The translations under genes were made by a program, and so were the position numbers. Below the pieces are notes generated by a model that was not told the DNA's origin, did no database searches, and saw only the letters and a program-made list of their open reading frames with translations. Shown here piece by piece: positions 11,601 through 21,165 of a stretch of 64,000 nt of DNA; positions within the stretch are counted from its first letter, which is position 1, and every line of letters starts with the position of its first letter. The stretch is taken from positions 19,723,910 to 19,787,909 of the forward strand of contig NC_134031.1 in the NCBI RefSeq assembly GCF_964204645.1, read 5' to 3'. The stretch comes from Tubulanus polymorphus (taxonomy: Eukaryota; Animalia; Nemertea).

Positions 11601-14600
11601 TGGAACTGCCCTTACCTGCAATAGAGGAAATGAGAAATATACTTTATTTCAAACAAAAACTCTTAAAAATCCTTCTTGCTAATCGGTGTTTAATGTCACT
11701 CATCAAAATCTGCTCATTCCTTTGGTATATTATTGTGCGCAGTCAAATGAAAACTCCACCTTTTGCAGCCCTGCATATATTCCACTGTGATAAATTCTGT
11801 GTAGTTCAAACATTTTTCCCACATAATTTCAACATGAAAATTATGACCAGTATAAAAGAACGTAAAGAACAAAGAACATAAAGAAAGTAAATACATGATA
11901 GTTTTTATAGCTCTGTTTTATATGCGAGTTTGATTAGAACGAGGAATCGGTACCTAATCATAAAACAAATTAACATTTTTGTACCTTACTATAATTGAAA
12001 AGACCTAAAAATGAAATTCGGCCAATTAGGATTTCAGTGTGGAAGTAATGATACTTATTGCTGCATTGGTTCACCGAGACCTGTTCTCATTCATTGCGTG
12101 TGCTTTTATTCGAAGCGAAACGACGAAAATGGATCTCTATTCAGAAACCGAATTTCGAATATGAGACCCTAAACGTAATATTTGAATAACACCTGTTGAT
12201 TGGATTAGACCCTGTGTCTTCAATAATAAATCATTCTATATTTATATATGTATAAAGTACACGTTTGTTGTAGAGTATTTTGTCTGGCCTAGTTTTGCTG
12301 TATTCATCGTCGTCGATAGGTTTTTGTTCGGGGAATTGAATCGAATGCGAGATCGGAAGTTTTTTCATGATTTGACGACAGCGCGGCACTCGCTACCCGT
12401 GAACGCTGTTGTGTCACCGGTTTGTTGACGACCGTGGATCAGCGTTCATTCTGTCACCAACACTCACAGAACGAGTCATACTCTGCGACCGTCGATAAAT
12501 CTTCATTGCTCTGTTGTTCTGATGCTCATCGTAGTTGTTTGAAAGTGATAAATCACGGGAAATGTTGTTTCAACTCGACTGCTGATTATCGAGGGGTCTT
12601 TGTCGGAGTTTATTGACTTTGGATCTCGCGCGTTCACAAGATTTCAAACGTCTTCGTCGGGATTAAATCTTTTCGAAAGAATAATGGAGTTTTAATTCGC
12701 GCGGAATAGCGCCCGGAATGATAATTGATGGTTAGATTTTCGGATCATTCAAATTGAAGAAAATTATCCGTCGAAATGATGAAAATGGAATTCACCGAGT
12801 TTTTGACGTTACCGAGTGTGAAATTGAAACATTTAAAGCCGAACTCGAAGGGTCCTCCGCCGTTGTTTGTGTCCAGCTCCGCGGCATCGGTTTCTACATC
12901 AGAGGCGACGACAAAATCAGAAAATCTCGAGACCAAATCGGAGAATTTCGATTCAGAATGGCAGCAACAACCGAACGAAGTCGCCGTCGATAGTGATGAT
13001 AGGGAATTGAGTGTGAATAGTTTCGGCAGGAATTGGTTGGCAAAATCGGAAAATTTCGCGCAGCAGAATTCTGGGGAAATCACTGGATTTAGGTTGACCG
13101 GTTACGAGCATCCTAATCGAACAATTCGACCGATGAGAGTTCATCATTATCGAGAACAGTTTAACATCGATGACAATCAAACGACTGAACAATCAACAAA
13201 CCCCCCTCCACCTTCTCCTGTCACGCAGAACGGCAATGGTTTGATATCTGAGAATTTTGAACTCGGTGCCGTTCTCGTCAGCCGTTTAACATACGAGGAA
13301 CCCCAACCCATAGAACCGCAAGGTAAAATCGGCTCAAATATTCATATCATATTCTTCAAAAGTTCATATCCTCGTCATCCGTCACAAATTCTGACCATCT
13401 TTACTTTGCTCATTGACACAAAATTGTTCTCAAATTTGCAATTAAATAAACATTTGCTACTTAATTTGTTCAAATGGTCCAGAGAATTGAAGCTGAACCT
13501 ATTTGTGAAACTAACTTGAAGATGGATAGATTCACATTAGTCTAGTATCTTCCCTAATGCTGTAGGGGACCGTAACTACGTCTGGTATTCAGACATGTTG
13601 AGGTATAGTTGATAAATGTGTCAGTGTTTTGTGTCATCGTGCTGCCCTCGTTTCATTCAGTAATTGAGAAATTTATTTCTGTTGATTGGAAAATGTCACA
13701 ATGAACCGGTCGGGCGACTGCTTGTTACGATGATGCGTTTTAAGGTTACCATGACAGCTCTTTCTACAACGGCTCAGTTTTGTTACTGTTACTGCGTGGA
13801 CACACTTCTAGAATTATCTAAATTGTCTCTTACAAAAAATACCTAAGATATATTACGTATTTTTTCTATGAAAGCTCTATGTATTTTTGTCATGAAGCTA
13901 ATGAAGCTATGATTATGAGGACCAGGGAGATGGCTCGCCCATTATATTCACATACTGGTTAACATTAAACATCCTTGTACAGTAGAACCTACATTTGAGG
14001 TCGGGATTAAAAGTCATTTTCTCACATACTAATGAAGAAATGAACTGCAGATATTGTCCCAGTTTAGAGAAAATTCCGGATTAAGCCGATGGGGATTAAG
14101 AGAGTTTGACTGTAGTAATTTTACCAGATTGTATAGACGTGTTGCCTTAAGATATCTGTGAAACTATAGTGAATACAAATGAATATTTAAAGATCTAACC
14201 TGTTGGGTGGTCAGTCATTCATTCATTGCATCTACAGTCAATATTCAGTAATCTTCATTTACTTTGTGAATTATTCATTACAAGGATGATTCGATATGTC
14301 TCCTTATTGACTTAGTAATAGATGTTACATGATGCATTGTCAATTACTAATGTATTAAGAGTTAATTTCACAAGTTTCTCTGACATGTTGTATGCGTACC
14401 CGGTATATATCACTTGTGTATATTCGTCCTACTAGCGGTGAACAATGATTGATATGCATTTTATAGTTTAATTAAGTTTCCCTAGATCACATTCCCTTTC
14501 ATTGTGAACCTGCAGATCGTTTTGCAAACTAACGGAATATATTTGTTTTCCGGGTTTCGTATTTGCGAATAGACGGAACGCAGTATAAAGATTTGTAATT

Positions 14601-17600
14601 CGAAATTTAATTAGAATATCTTTCATTCGTTATTTTATAGAGCTGAAGAACAAACCATCGCCGAAACAAAAAGAACCACCGAAAGAACCACCCCCAAAAC
14701 CGCAAGTTATCGTCGCTCAACCGCCACAAGATATCCTAGCGATGGAACAGCTTATAGTCGTTTTACGGTGAGTTGGAATTGAAATTTTCAAAAAAATTTT
14801 ATTAAGTTTTAATAGCATTTTCACGAACATTATCAACGTACATTGCCTTTCATCTTTTGCTTAAGCTGACAACTTAATTGAGTTTGACATTTTCCCATGA
14901 ACACATTTTTAATTGTACTAAAGCATAAAAACCTCTTTACTTCGGTCAACAAACACTTATTTCATGGTCTTACAAAGACCTTAATATCTACTTCAATAAG
15001 TCTAATCCTCACTAAGGAGATAATAGCTGTTTTGTGGTGGAATATAATACAAGGCCACTTTCAATAAACATATTTCAGGATTTTATTTTCTTTGAACTGA
15101 GCGTCAATGTGTGTCACAAACAGTTCTGAAATTGAAACTGTCAATTTTGAATGAATGATATTTGCGTCTATTTTACTGGCTGTAAATAAGAATTTTCAAT
15201 TCTTACGTCAGTCTCAAACCAAAAACTAATGAATTTCCTGTTCATACTTTGTTTAGTCGCGAGAATGTGGATTTGAAGAAGCAATTTAAAGAACAACAGG
15301 CTGTGATATTGGGATTACGGAAAGATTTGACGGGTGCCTCGGCAAGACTCACAGACATGACAGGTAAAATGTGTACCGTAGATAATCACTGAAATATTAG
15401 GGTTAGGATATTAAAAACCAGTTGTGAATTCAAGGCTCAAATTTAAGCCTGTCTTGCAGTTGATCTACAGGGGCCAGTTGCACAGTTGTGACCTAAGTTC
15501 AAAAGTGGTCTTAAATCTTAAGACTGGTCTTAAGTTGTTAGATTGGCTATAGAACTAAGTTGGTCTTAGACTGGTCTTAAGTCTAAGCCATGACTATGCA
15601 ACCGGGCCTAGCTGATCGAATAACATACACTGAATTTGAGATTTAAGACCATTATTTGACTGAGGTCACGACTCTGCTACAAAGGTCCATCTTTTAAACC
15701 TGTATTCAGACGATGAATAGCATTTGATTTATTTTGAAGGTGAACTGAGTGAAGCCCAGAAACAAGAACTTGAAAAGAACAAAGTTACAATTCGTCAACA
15801 GCAAAAGGATCTGGTTGAACTACGACAACAGTTGGCTAAAGTTTCTCAAATAGTTGATAACATCACCGGTGAAGTGAAGGCCAAAGAGGCTGAAATTAGG
15901 TAGGAAACACATAATTAATTGGTGAAGTCAACCGGGGGTTTCTTTTCTATTTTTCATTTCTTGTCAAAATTTACGATTTCCAGCAAATATAAAGCGATAT
16001 TGACGAAGTTTAAAAATTCGGAGAACGAAAAAGAAGACTTGATCAAAAACCTGGAAACGAAGCTGACGTCAACGGAAGACGAGAAGAATAAACAGTTGGC
16101 CGTTTTAGAGAAAGAAGGACGAATAACGTCGGAAATGACGGCGATGGGAGCTCAATGTCGCGGTGAACGTCACGAGCAGGTTATATCCAGACAACGCGAC
16201 GCTTTAGTAGAATTACGATCGCGTATTAAACAACTAGAACAATCTAGACCTCTGCGTAAGTTGAAAATATTGTCGTATATTGTGTATTCTGAAAATTGAA
16301 AATAATAGACCCAGTTCCACTGTTCAGGTATTTGACTCTAGGGGAAATGAACTGAATGGAATCAATTATTTTATGTGGTTGATTTTGATTGAGAATTGTG
16401 GAACTGGTTCCTGAACCCTGGGTCTGGTCATTTTACAGTCATTGTTTATGATGATAGAAGAATACTATGATAGCTGTTATACTGGTATCTCTAGAATTAT
16501 TCATTTCTATTGATTTATTTCCCATTATTTAGCGGACATACAAATGATGCAAAGAGAAATTTCGAATTTACAATTAAATCAGTTAAATTTCGGAACCACA
16601 TTGGCAGGCTTCAATAACGACAGCCGAATTTGTACAGGCAGGAAATGTTAGAAGATTTCAGCATGTGATGATATTAGATTAATCATTTTGTTTGCGAACA
16701 CAGCTTGAAAAATCCGATTTATAGCGTGGCATTAATTTATGATGATGATGATGTATGTAATCTACGAAGCACACATTTATTCGAAGCATGATTTAGATTC
16801 TGCTATATTCTTTATTTATGCATGATCATATTTTATTACCACTACAAATTACTGCATATATTATTCCCGGTATTCAGTGATTGTTATTTGATGTTATATG
16901 TTTTCAGTTCCGAACCACGACCAGGCGCTACAACAAGTGATATTATTAAAGAAAGAACTGGCGGAACATCGCGCTCAACAGGCTTTAGCCGAGGCTACCG
17001 GACATTCTGCATTAGATAACGCTATAAATGGAGCGCGCGGTAAGATGACTCCGCAGGCCGCGTCGGCTGAAGTAGAGGTAGAGAAGAGCGCTCATAGAGA
17101 AACATTAGACACGCTGGAAGAAAGTGAAAAGTCTGTGAGTATCATCGACAATCTGGGATTTCTGCCTATTCAAATATGTCGATTTTTGCTTTGATCAGAA
17201 GTGAATTTTCTATTTAGCAATTTCATCAGTGACCTCAGTTACAGGTTGATGTATCTTATACTTTACAAAAAGCTATAAGATTTGAAAGCATTTTCATATT
17301 TTCTACATCGTGTCAAATAGTACTTATTAGGTAAACTAGATTATTTGAGGCATGATCTTTCGCTGCTAGTGTATAGTACCTTTATCAGTTGACTCATTCA
17401 TCTAATGAAGCTGCTATTGACTAGTAGCGAAACCTCGTGCCTCATGTAATCTAGTTAACCTATAGAGTTCTATTTGTGTCGTACTTATTCCACACCAGGT
17501 TATCACGCGACTCATCTATGAATCTTCTCATATTTTCTAGTACATGGTGCTATTGCGAGCGATGGCGAGTTGTCTGGAACTCGAGGAAATCTACGGCCTA

Positions 17601-19254
17601 CGATCAATGGCTCACATACCGCGAGATGAACGAGACAAACTCTCCGAGGAACGGGAAAAATGTTGCGAAATGTTAGCCAACCGAATCAAAGCTCTTAAAG
17701 ATCGACTTTCACGAAAGGAAGACCTATTACAAGGCTACGAAACTGACTTAGCAAAACTAAGGTATGACCTCACGTCTAACTTTTGGAAGCTTAATAAAGA
17801 TCTTACCAGAAATTTCATTTGCTTGTTTTTGTCGATGATGGTTCATTATTTACCTTTTCTATTTCACAGACAAGCAGAAGAATTGGCCAATAGAAAACAT
17901 GTTCAAGTAGAGAGCTTAGCTGTAAGTTATCAGGCCTTAAAATATATCCCTAAACCTTTCATATCATTCTCAATGCCGTTATTATTATTGCCATTTTGGC
18001 ACCCAATTCAGCATTAGACACTGCACTAAAGCTCTTACAACAATGCTATTGATTATTAAATCAGATTTTGTCGATTAAAACACTGGGACCCAGTTCCACA
18101 GTTGTGAATTAAGATTTGACTCAAGAGTTAACTCATTGGGAATGAACTAATTTTCACTCAGAGTTAACACTAACTCACGTCTGTGGAACCGGACCCAGTA
18201 TATTAAATTCAGAATTTAACTCGATAATGTCTGTGTAAAAGGATAAATCTTCTGGGTAGTTGAAAAACGTTCAAAATGGCCAAATCATTGCCACGTATGA
18301 TAGTTACAAATTGTTGTTTTTGCAGACTGATGTTCGTAGTCGAACGGAGGAAGCTCAATATCTTCGCGAGTCGTTACATCGCACGAGAGATCAACTAGAA
18401 CAAGAGAAACGATTAAACAGTGCAATTAAACAACGTAAAGGTTTACAATTAGCCGATACTATCGACACAAACAGATCGAAACAATATCCTAAACATCAGT
18501 GTCCTGTCGAAGACATACACGCCAAGGTAATTCTTAATTTATCAATAATAATAATAATAATGAAATGTTTCTTATATAGGGCTAAATCCAGCCAGGCTGC
18601 TCAGAGCGCTTTACATTTTTGGGTATCATTACCCCGGCCAATTTTAAACTCTAACATGTATCAGTCATCTCTCCCTGGGGAGAAGTAACACCGAGCTGCT
18701 AACAAACGCTCAGGAGTCATCTATCAGGCCAGGTACCTATTTACTCCTGGGTGGAGAGAGGCAATGAGGATAAGTGTCTTGCCCGAGGACACTACGGCAA
18801 TGTAAGGGTTCGAACCCACGACCTGGCTTCCCAGAGCCACAACCGCTCGGCCACAACCGCTCCCACTAGATCAATAGATTCATATTGATACCTATGCATA
18901 TTTTGTAACCATAATTGCAAAGTTGTAGCTCATGACATGTTCTATAATCCTTGATAGTTCATAACGTTTTAAACATTCCGTTTCAGGCCTCTGCGCGAAA
19001 GAAAGCGGCGAAAGAGAAACTAAAACGCAAAGACTACGAAATCAAAACTCTTAAAAGCGAATTAACGGAGAAAGAACGAGATTTATGTAAAACGACTTCG
19101 CGTTTAGTGAATCTAGAAACAACGATGGTACGTCGGAAAAAATCATCGCTCGATCGATGTACGACGCCCTGAGACGAATTCGAGATAATAATTTGATTTC
19201 TTTTTCAAAATTATGAAATTTCAGGGAATGAATCCTGACAACGAATTTGCATGA
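55..19254 (+). CDS. FHAD1: Forkhead-associated domain-containing protein 1 (FHAD1)-like coiled-coil protein, 5'-partial. Exons: 55-72, 439-691, 863-969, 1054-1278, 1427-1693, 1921-2103, 2370-2477, 5961-6200, 6797-6995, 7173-7361, 7784-8001, 9171-9408, 14641-14767, 15257-15363, 15740-15899, 15984-16255, 16908-17134, 17541-17761, 17870-17921, 18326-18526, 18987-19127, 19225-19254
   Basis: 22 exons with GT-AG boundaries and mutually compatible phases join into a 3783-nt open frame (1260 aa + TGA). The protein is a long heptad coiled coil. It has motifs I recognise from FHAD1 orthologues: [25 protein letters not shown] and [31 protein letters not shown]. The N-terminal FHA domain is not in the window. 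Confidence 0.85.
439..691 (+). CDS. FHAD1: FHAD1 exon (Pro/Ser-rich linker [12 protein letters not shown]...)
   Basis: tattacag| acceptor, a|gtaggt phase-1 donor. Confidence 0.8.
863..969 (+). CDS. FHAD1: FHAD1 exon
   Basis: ttgtag| acceptor, aag|gtatga donor; phases 1/0. Confidence 0.8.
1054..1278 (+). CDS. FHAD1: FHAD1 exon ([14 protein letters not shown]...)
   Basis: ttctcag| and cag|gtgaga; coiled coil. Confidence 0.88.
1427..1693 (+). CDS. FHAD1: FHAD1 exon
   Basis: attcag| and aaa|gtacgt; coiled coil. Confidence 0.88.
1921..2103 (+). CDS. FHAD1: FHAD1 exon
   Basis: aatccag| and acg|gtaagt. Confidence 0.88.
2370..2477 (+). CDS. FHAD1: FHAD1 exon
   Basis: aaacag| and caa|gtgagt, phase 0/0. 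Confidence 0.88.
2487..2614. repeat. (CT)n microsatellite
   Basis: Direct reading; begins 10 nt after a donor site. Confidence 0.97.
2811..2946. mobile_element. Short MITE-like inverted-repeat element
   Basis: gaaaatcccacactcagaaaga...gtctgaaaa at the left end mirrors ttttcagac...tctttctgagtgtggaattttc at the right. Confidence 0.55.
3165..3353 (+). CDS. FHAD1: FHAD1 alternative terminal exon ([14 protein letters not shown]...QRAK*), paralogue of exon 5961-6200
   Basis: Pyrimidine-rich ttttcag| phase-0 acceptor; 14/34 ungapped aa identity to the start of exon 5961; ends in TAA. Confidence 0.7.
   Translation, partial: FELFRKSILQTIFSIKGTKVPKKQIDDIELVSLLRDTLNQLAGPSGSTSCANCKQKASQRAK
3541..3695. 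repeat. Long hairpin (arms about 73 nt) made of two inverted Penelope-type hammerhead-like units
   Basis: Arms are reverse complements; the right arm reads CTGATGA-tGGCTA-atagtctt-TAGCC-GAAA-tattc. Confidence 0.7.
4941..4946 (+). terminator. Candidate polyadenylation signal for the short FHAD1 isoform
   Basis: AATAAA followed by a GT/T-rich tract (tgtgtttttc), about 1.6 kb after the stop at 3353. Confidence 0.4.
5961..6200 (+). CDS. FHAD1: FHAD1 exon ([14 protein letters not shown]...)
   Basis: atttcag| and atg|gtaagt. Confidence 0.88.
6282..6417 (+). mobile_element. MITE family A (PIF/Harbinger-like)
   Basis: TIR GGGTCAGTTGCATAGTC / GACTGTGCAACTGGCCC, internal ttaagacc repeats, CWG flanks; other copies at 9593 and 15471. 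Confidence 0.8.
6797..6995 (+). CDS. FHAD1: FHAD1 exon
   Basis: ctttacag| and g|gtaaaa (phase 1). Confidence 0.85.
6959..7148 (+). repeat. Tandem duplication of about 92-98 bp spanning an exon end and donor site
   Basis: caaaaatgtgga...gtcaatacaaaactttctaatgatgg...cttgaaatagaattaaaa..ctagattt occurs at 6959 and 7051. Confidence 0.9.
7173..7361 (+). CDS. FHAD1: FHAD1 exon
   Basis: atttcag| and g|gtgcag; phase 1/1. Confidence 0.82.
7784..8001 (+). CDS. FHAD1: FHAD1 exon
   Basis: cttatcag| and gag|gtatga. Confidence 0.88.
9003..9123. mobile_element. MITE family B
   Basis: TIR ggccatttgctcaaaagttg / caacttttgagcaacttgctc. Confidence 0.65.
9171..9408 (+). CDS. FHAD1: FHAD1 exon (...[19 protein letters not shown]...)
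   Basis: attctag| and g|gtaaga (phase 1). Confidence 0.88.
9499..9759. mobile_element. MITE family B copy interrupted by a family A MITE
   Basis: TIR gggctggtttctcaaaagt / acttttgagcgactgacc flanking the 9593-9723 insertion. Confidence 0.65.
9593..9723 (+). mobile_element. MITE family A with exact CTG target-site duplication
   Basis: CTG|GGGCCAGTTGCATAGTCATG...CATGACTGTGCAACTGGCCC|CTG. Confidence 0.85.
10713..10879. mobile_element. MITE with 27-bp TIRs and internal G-tracts (Harbinger-like)
   Basis: GGGGTCATTGATTTATTACGTACGCAT / ATGCGTACGTAATAAATGAATGATCCCC. Confidence 0.8.
12776..13322 (+). CDS. FHAD1: Putative alternative first coding exon of an internal FHAD1 isoform (182 codons, Ser/Pro/Glu-rich)
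   Basis: Part of the longest ORF in the window; in-frame TGA at 12755 upstream of the ATG; phase-1 donor caag|gtaaaa compatible with the phase-1 acceptor at 14641. Confidence 0.6.
13980..14112. mobile_element. Tc1/pogo-type MITE
   Basis: TA|CAGTAGAACCT...GAGTTTGACTG|TA. Confidence 0.6.
14641..14767 (+). CDS. FHAD1: FHAD1 exon ([22 protein letters not shown]...)
   Basis: ttttatag| and cg|gtgagt; phases 1/2. Confidence 0.85.
15257..15363 (+). CDS. FHAD1: FHAD1 exon ([17 protein letters not shown])
   Basis: gtttag| and cag|gtaaaa; conserved FHAD1 motif. Confidence 0.9.
15471..15608 (-). mobile_element. MITE family A, opposite orientation
   Basis: Near reverse complement of 6282-6417. Confidence 0.82.
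15740..15899 (+). CDS. FHAD1: FHAD1 exon ([13 protein letters not shown]...)
   Basis: ttttgaag| and ag|gtagga. Confidence 0.88.
15984..16255 (+). CDS. FHAD1: FHAD1 exon ([20 protein letters not shown])
   Basis: tttccag| and c|gtaagt; conserved FHAD1 motif. Confidence 0.9.
16308..16410. mobile_element. MITE family C, degenerate copy
   Basis: ccagttccac...gtggaactgg termini shared with 18086-18195. Confidence 0.55.
16908..17134 (+). CDS. FHAD1: FHAD1 exon
   Basis: ttttcag| and tct|gtgagt. Confidence 0.88.
17541..17761 (+). CDS. FHAD1: FHAD1 exon
   Basis: ttttctag| and ag|gtatga. Confidence 0.88.
17870..17921 (+). CDS. FHAD1: FHAD1 exon
   Basis: tttcacag| and gct|gtaagt. Confidence 0.85.
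18086..18195. mobile_element. MITE family C
   Basis: TIR ggacccagttccacag / ctgtggaaccggacc with CWG flanks; related ends at about 10665, 56821 and 61300. Confidence 0.7.
18326..18526 (+). CDS. FHAD1: FHAD1 exon
   Basis: ttttgcag| and aag|gtaatt. Confidence 0.88.
18544..18864 (-). mobile_element. tRNA-derived CORE-type SINE with L2-like tail
   Basis: The minus strand reads A box TGGCCGAGCGG, B box GGTTCGAACCC, CORE-like GTGTCCTCGGGCAAGACACTTATCCTC...CCACCCAGGAGTAAATAGGTAC, then tail TGTAAAGCGCTCTGAG...(ATT)n. Confidence 0.8.
18987..19127 (+). CDS. FHAD1: FHAD1 exon
   Basis: gtttcag| and atg|gtacgt. Confidence 0.85.
19225..19254 (+). CDS. FHAD1: FHAD1 last coding exon (GMNPDNEFA*)
   Basis: atttcag| phase-0 acceptor and TGA, followed by an AT-rich UTR-like stretch with AATAAA at 19897 and 20371. 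Confidence 0.75.
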   Translation, partial: GMNPDNEFA

Positions 19255-20370
19255 TCTGTCTGTCTGTTGCACACTTGACTATATGGTAATCACTGTGATA
19301 AACTGAAGGGCACCACCACACCAAACCAGGAAGAGAAGGAAAAATCAGGCCACACTCACTCACATATGCACAGCACTACCGGTACATGCAGTTCATGAAG
19401 ATTCCATGTCATCTTTTCTAATAATGGTAAAATGGATGTTTTAAGTGGCACTGATTGATTATTGTTGTTGCATTGCATGGAGCAGCAAATGTTACCAATT
19501 TCAAATCATTGGTGGATAGATTGAAGTATATTTGAAATCTCTCGTGGCCTTCATTAGTTCTTATCTTAGAATGTTCTTCCTCTAGACTTCCTCGTATAGA
19601 ATATGAATCTCATTTCTGCGTTCAAGCTGCCTCAAAAAACTGCAACTAAGAGTTATGCTACTTTAGCGCATGCATCATTAAGTGATTACTTAATGTCAAA
19701 TTTTAAAACGTTGATATTGATAAAAGGTTTGCCAAAAAATACAGGGTAAACGCTTATTTATTGGACCTATATTTTGCACATCCCAAAAAGATGGATTTGA
19801 TGTATAGGCAAATGAGAGCCTGTGTAGTAATTTATATTGTACTAGTTCGCGTAGTGTTAGATAAATGCATAAAATTTTGCACCTTCAATCATTCCGAATA
19901 AAGATAATCATACTCATAATTCTTATCCAACATTCCATCCAGCTGTCAGTTTAACGGCCAGGTTTAGAATGAAAGACTGTTCTAAGTTCGTTTTGAACCG
20001 ATAACCATTTCTGTATCTTTCAATTTGAGTCGTTAACTGGACTCAGTATTCGAAAAAAAATAAATCGAAGAATCTTATCATTGTTTTTGTAAATGGAAAA
20101 TTATATATTTTTACCGAATCATGTGATAAATATTTTAGCGCATGCAAAAGCATTTTCGAACGGATTTTATTGTTATATACATTGTGTAACGATTCAATTT
20201 GATCAATTTAAAAGTAATTTATCTTGAAGTAAACTTTAATTGATATAATTTAATTGCTTAGTTCTTAATAGTGTAATGGTATGTTATTAAACTATGATAT
20301 TTGTATTGGTTATTGTCAGTGATCATATCCGATATTTGAATTATTACTATTGATATTTTTTAAACTGACA

Positions 20371-20376
20371 AATAAA
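20371..20376 (+). terminator. Candidate distal polyadenylation signal of FHAD1
   Basis: AATAAA at the end of an AT-rich 3' UTR-like stretch, followed by T-rich sequence. Confidence 0.45.
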
Positions 20377-20689
20377 ATTTTCTAAGATATTAAGACTGAG
20401 TTTTCGTCTTAAATTTTTTGAGAACTGGTCAGAGGATGACAGGATTAAAACCCACGTGAAAACTGATTAGAGGACATGACGACACTGTCGTATTGGACGT
20501 CAGGCTCGCGGCGTTAACTGAAGTGAAACGTCACAGTCGACTGCTAGTATGACGCGCTGTGACGACTGCGCGTGACGTTTGTTCATTCAAGAAGAAACGC
20601 CTGTAAGACAACTAGAACTGACAACGAAAATACACGTCGCTTTAGAAGCACTGTCCAATGAGGAAACTCACTCAGAGTTGTAGCTTTTT

Positions 20690-21165
20690 AAATCCTTTCA
20701 TTTAAGAAAACAATCATATATTTTACTACTAAGATATAAAAGAAACAAGAAAACTGACTTGAAAGTCAATTGACGCCTTGAGAAAAATAACACATTTATT
20801 GCTTATTTTCTACAAAAAATGATTTAGTATAAATCAGACAATATCATGGATCAATTCAGTTTGGATTCGAATACATCGATAGTTGAATAGAATTGACCGG
20901 CAACCAGTCTAGCCCCGATGTATTGATGACTTAATGCATATCCTCTCAAAAATAATTATCAAAATCTATCAAAAATGAAATAAAAGTTATATAAAATATA
21001 TATATTGGATTACAAAATAAACGCCAAAGTTCACAATTGCAATTATTATTTTGAAACACTAATATCGATGACGTAGTGGACACTGACTCACACAGAAACT
21101 CCCACTTAATTACGTAAACATTATTGTAACGGTTTTTACGGCATTAAAAACTTACACACTCAATG
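20690..21165 (+). repeat. Dispersed repeat of about 0.45 kb, inverted copy at about 25815-26240
   Basis: gaattgaccggcaaccagtctagcc and acattattgtaacggtttttacggc match reverse complements at about 26010 and 25840. Confidence 0.75.

Noticed and set aside
17762-17869. Stop-free 108-nt in-frame intron making ORF 17544-18017 look like one exon
   Set aside because: Good donor and acceptor sites, and the peptide breaks the coiled coil; most likely a chance open intron.
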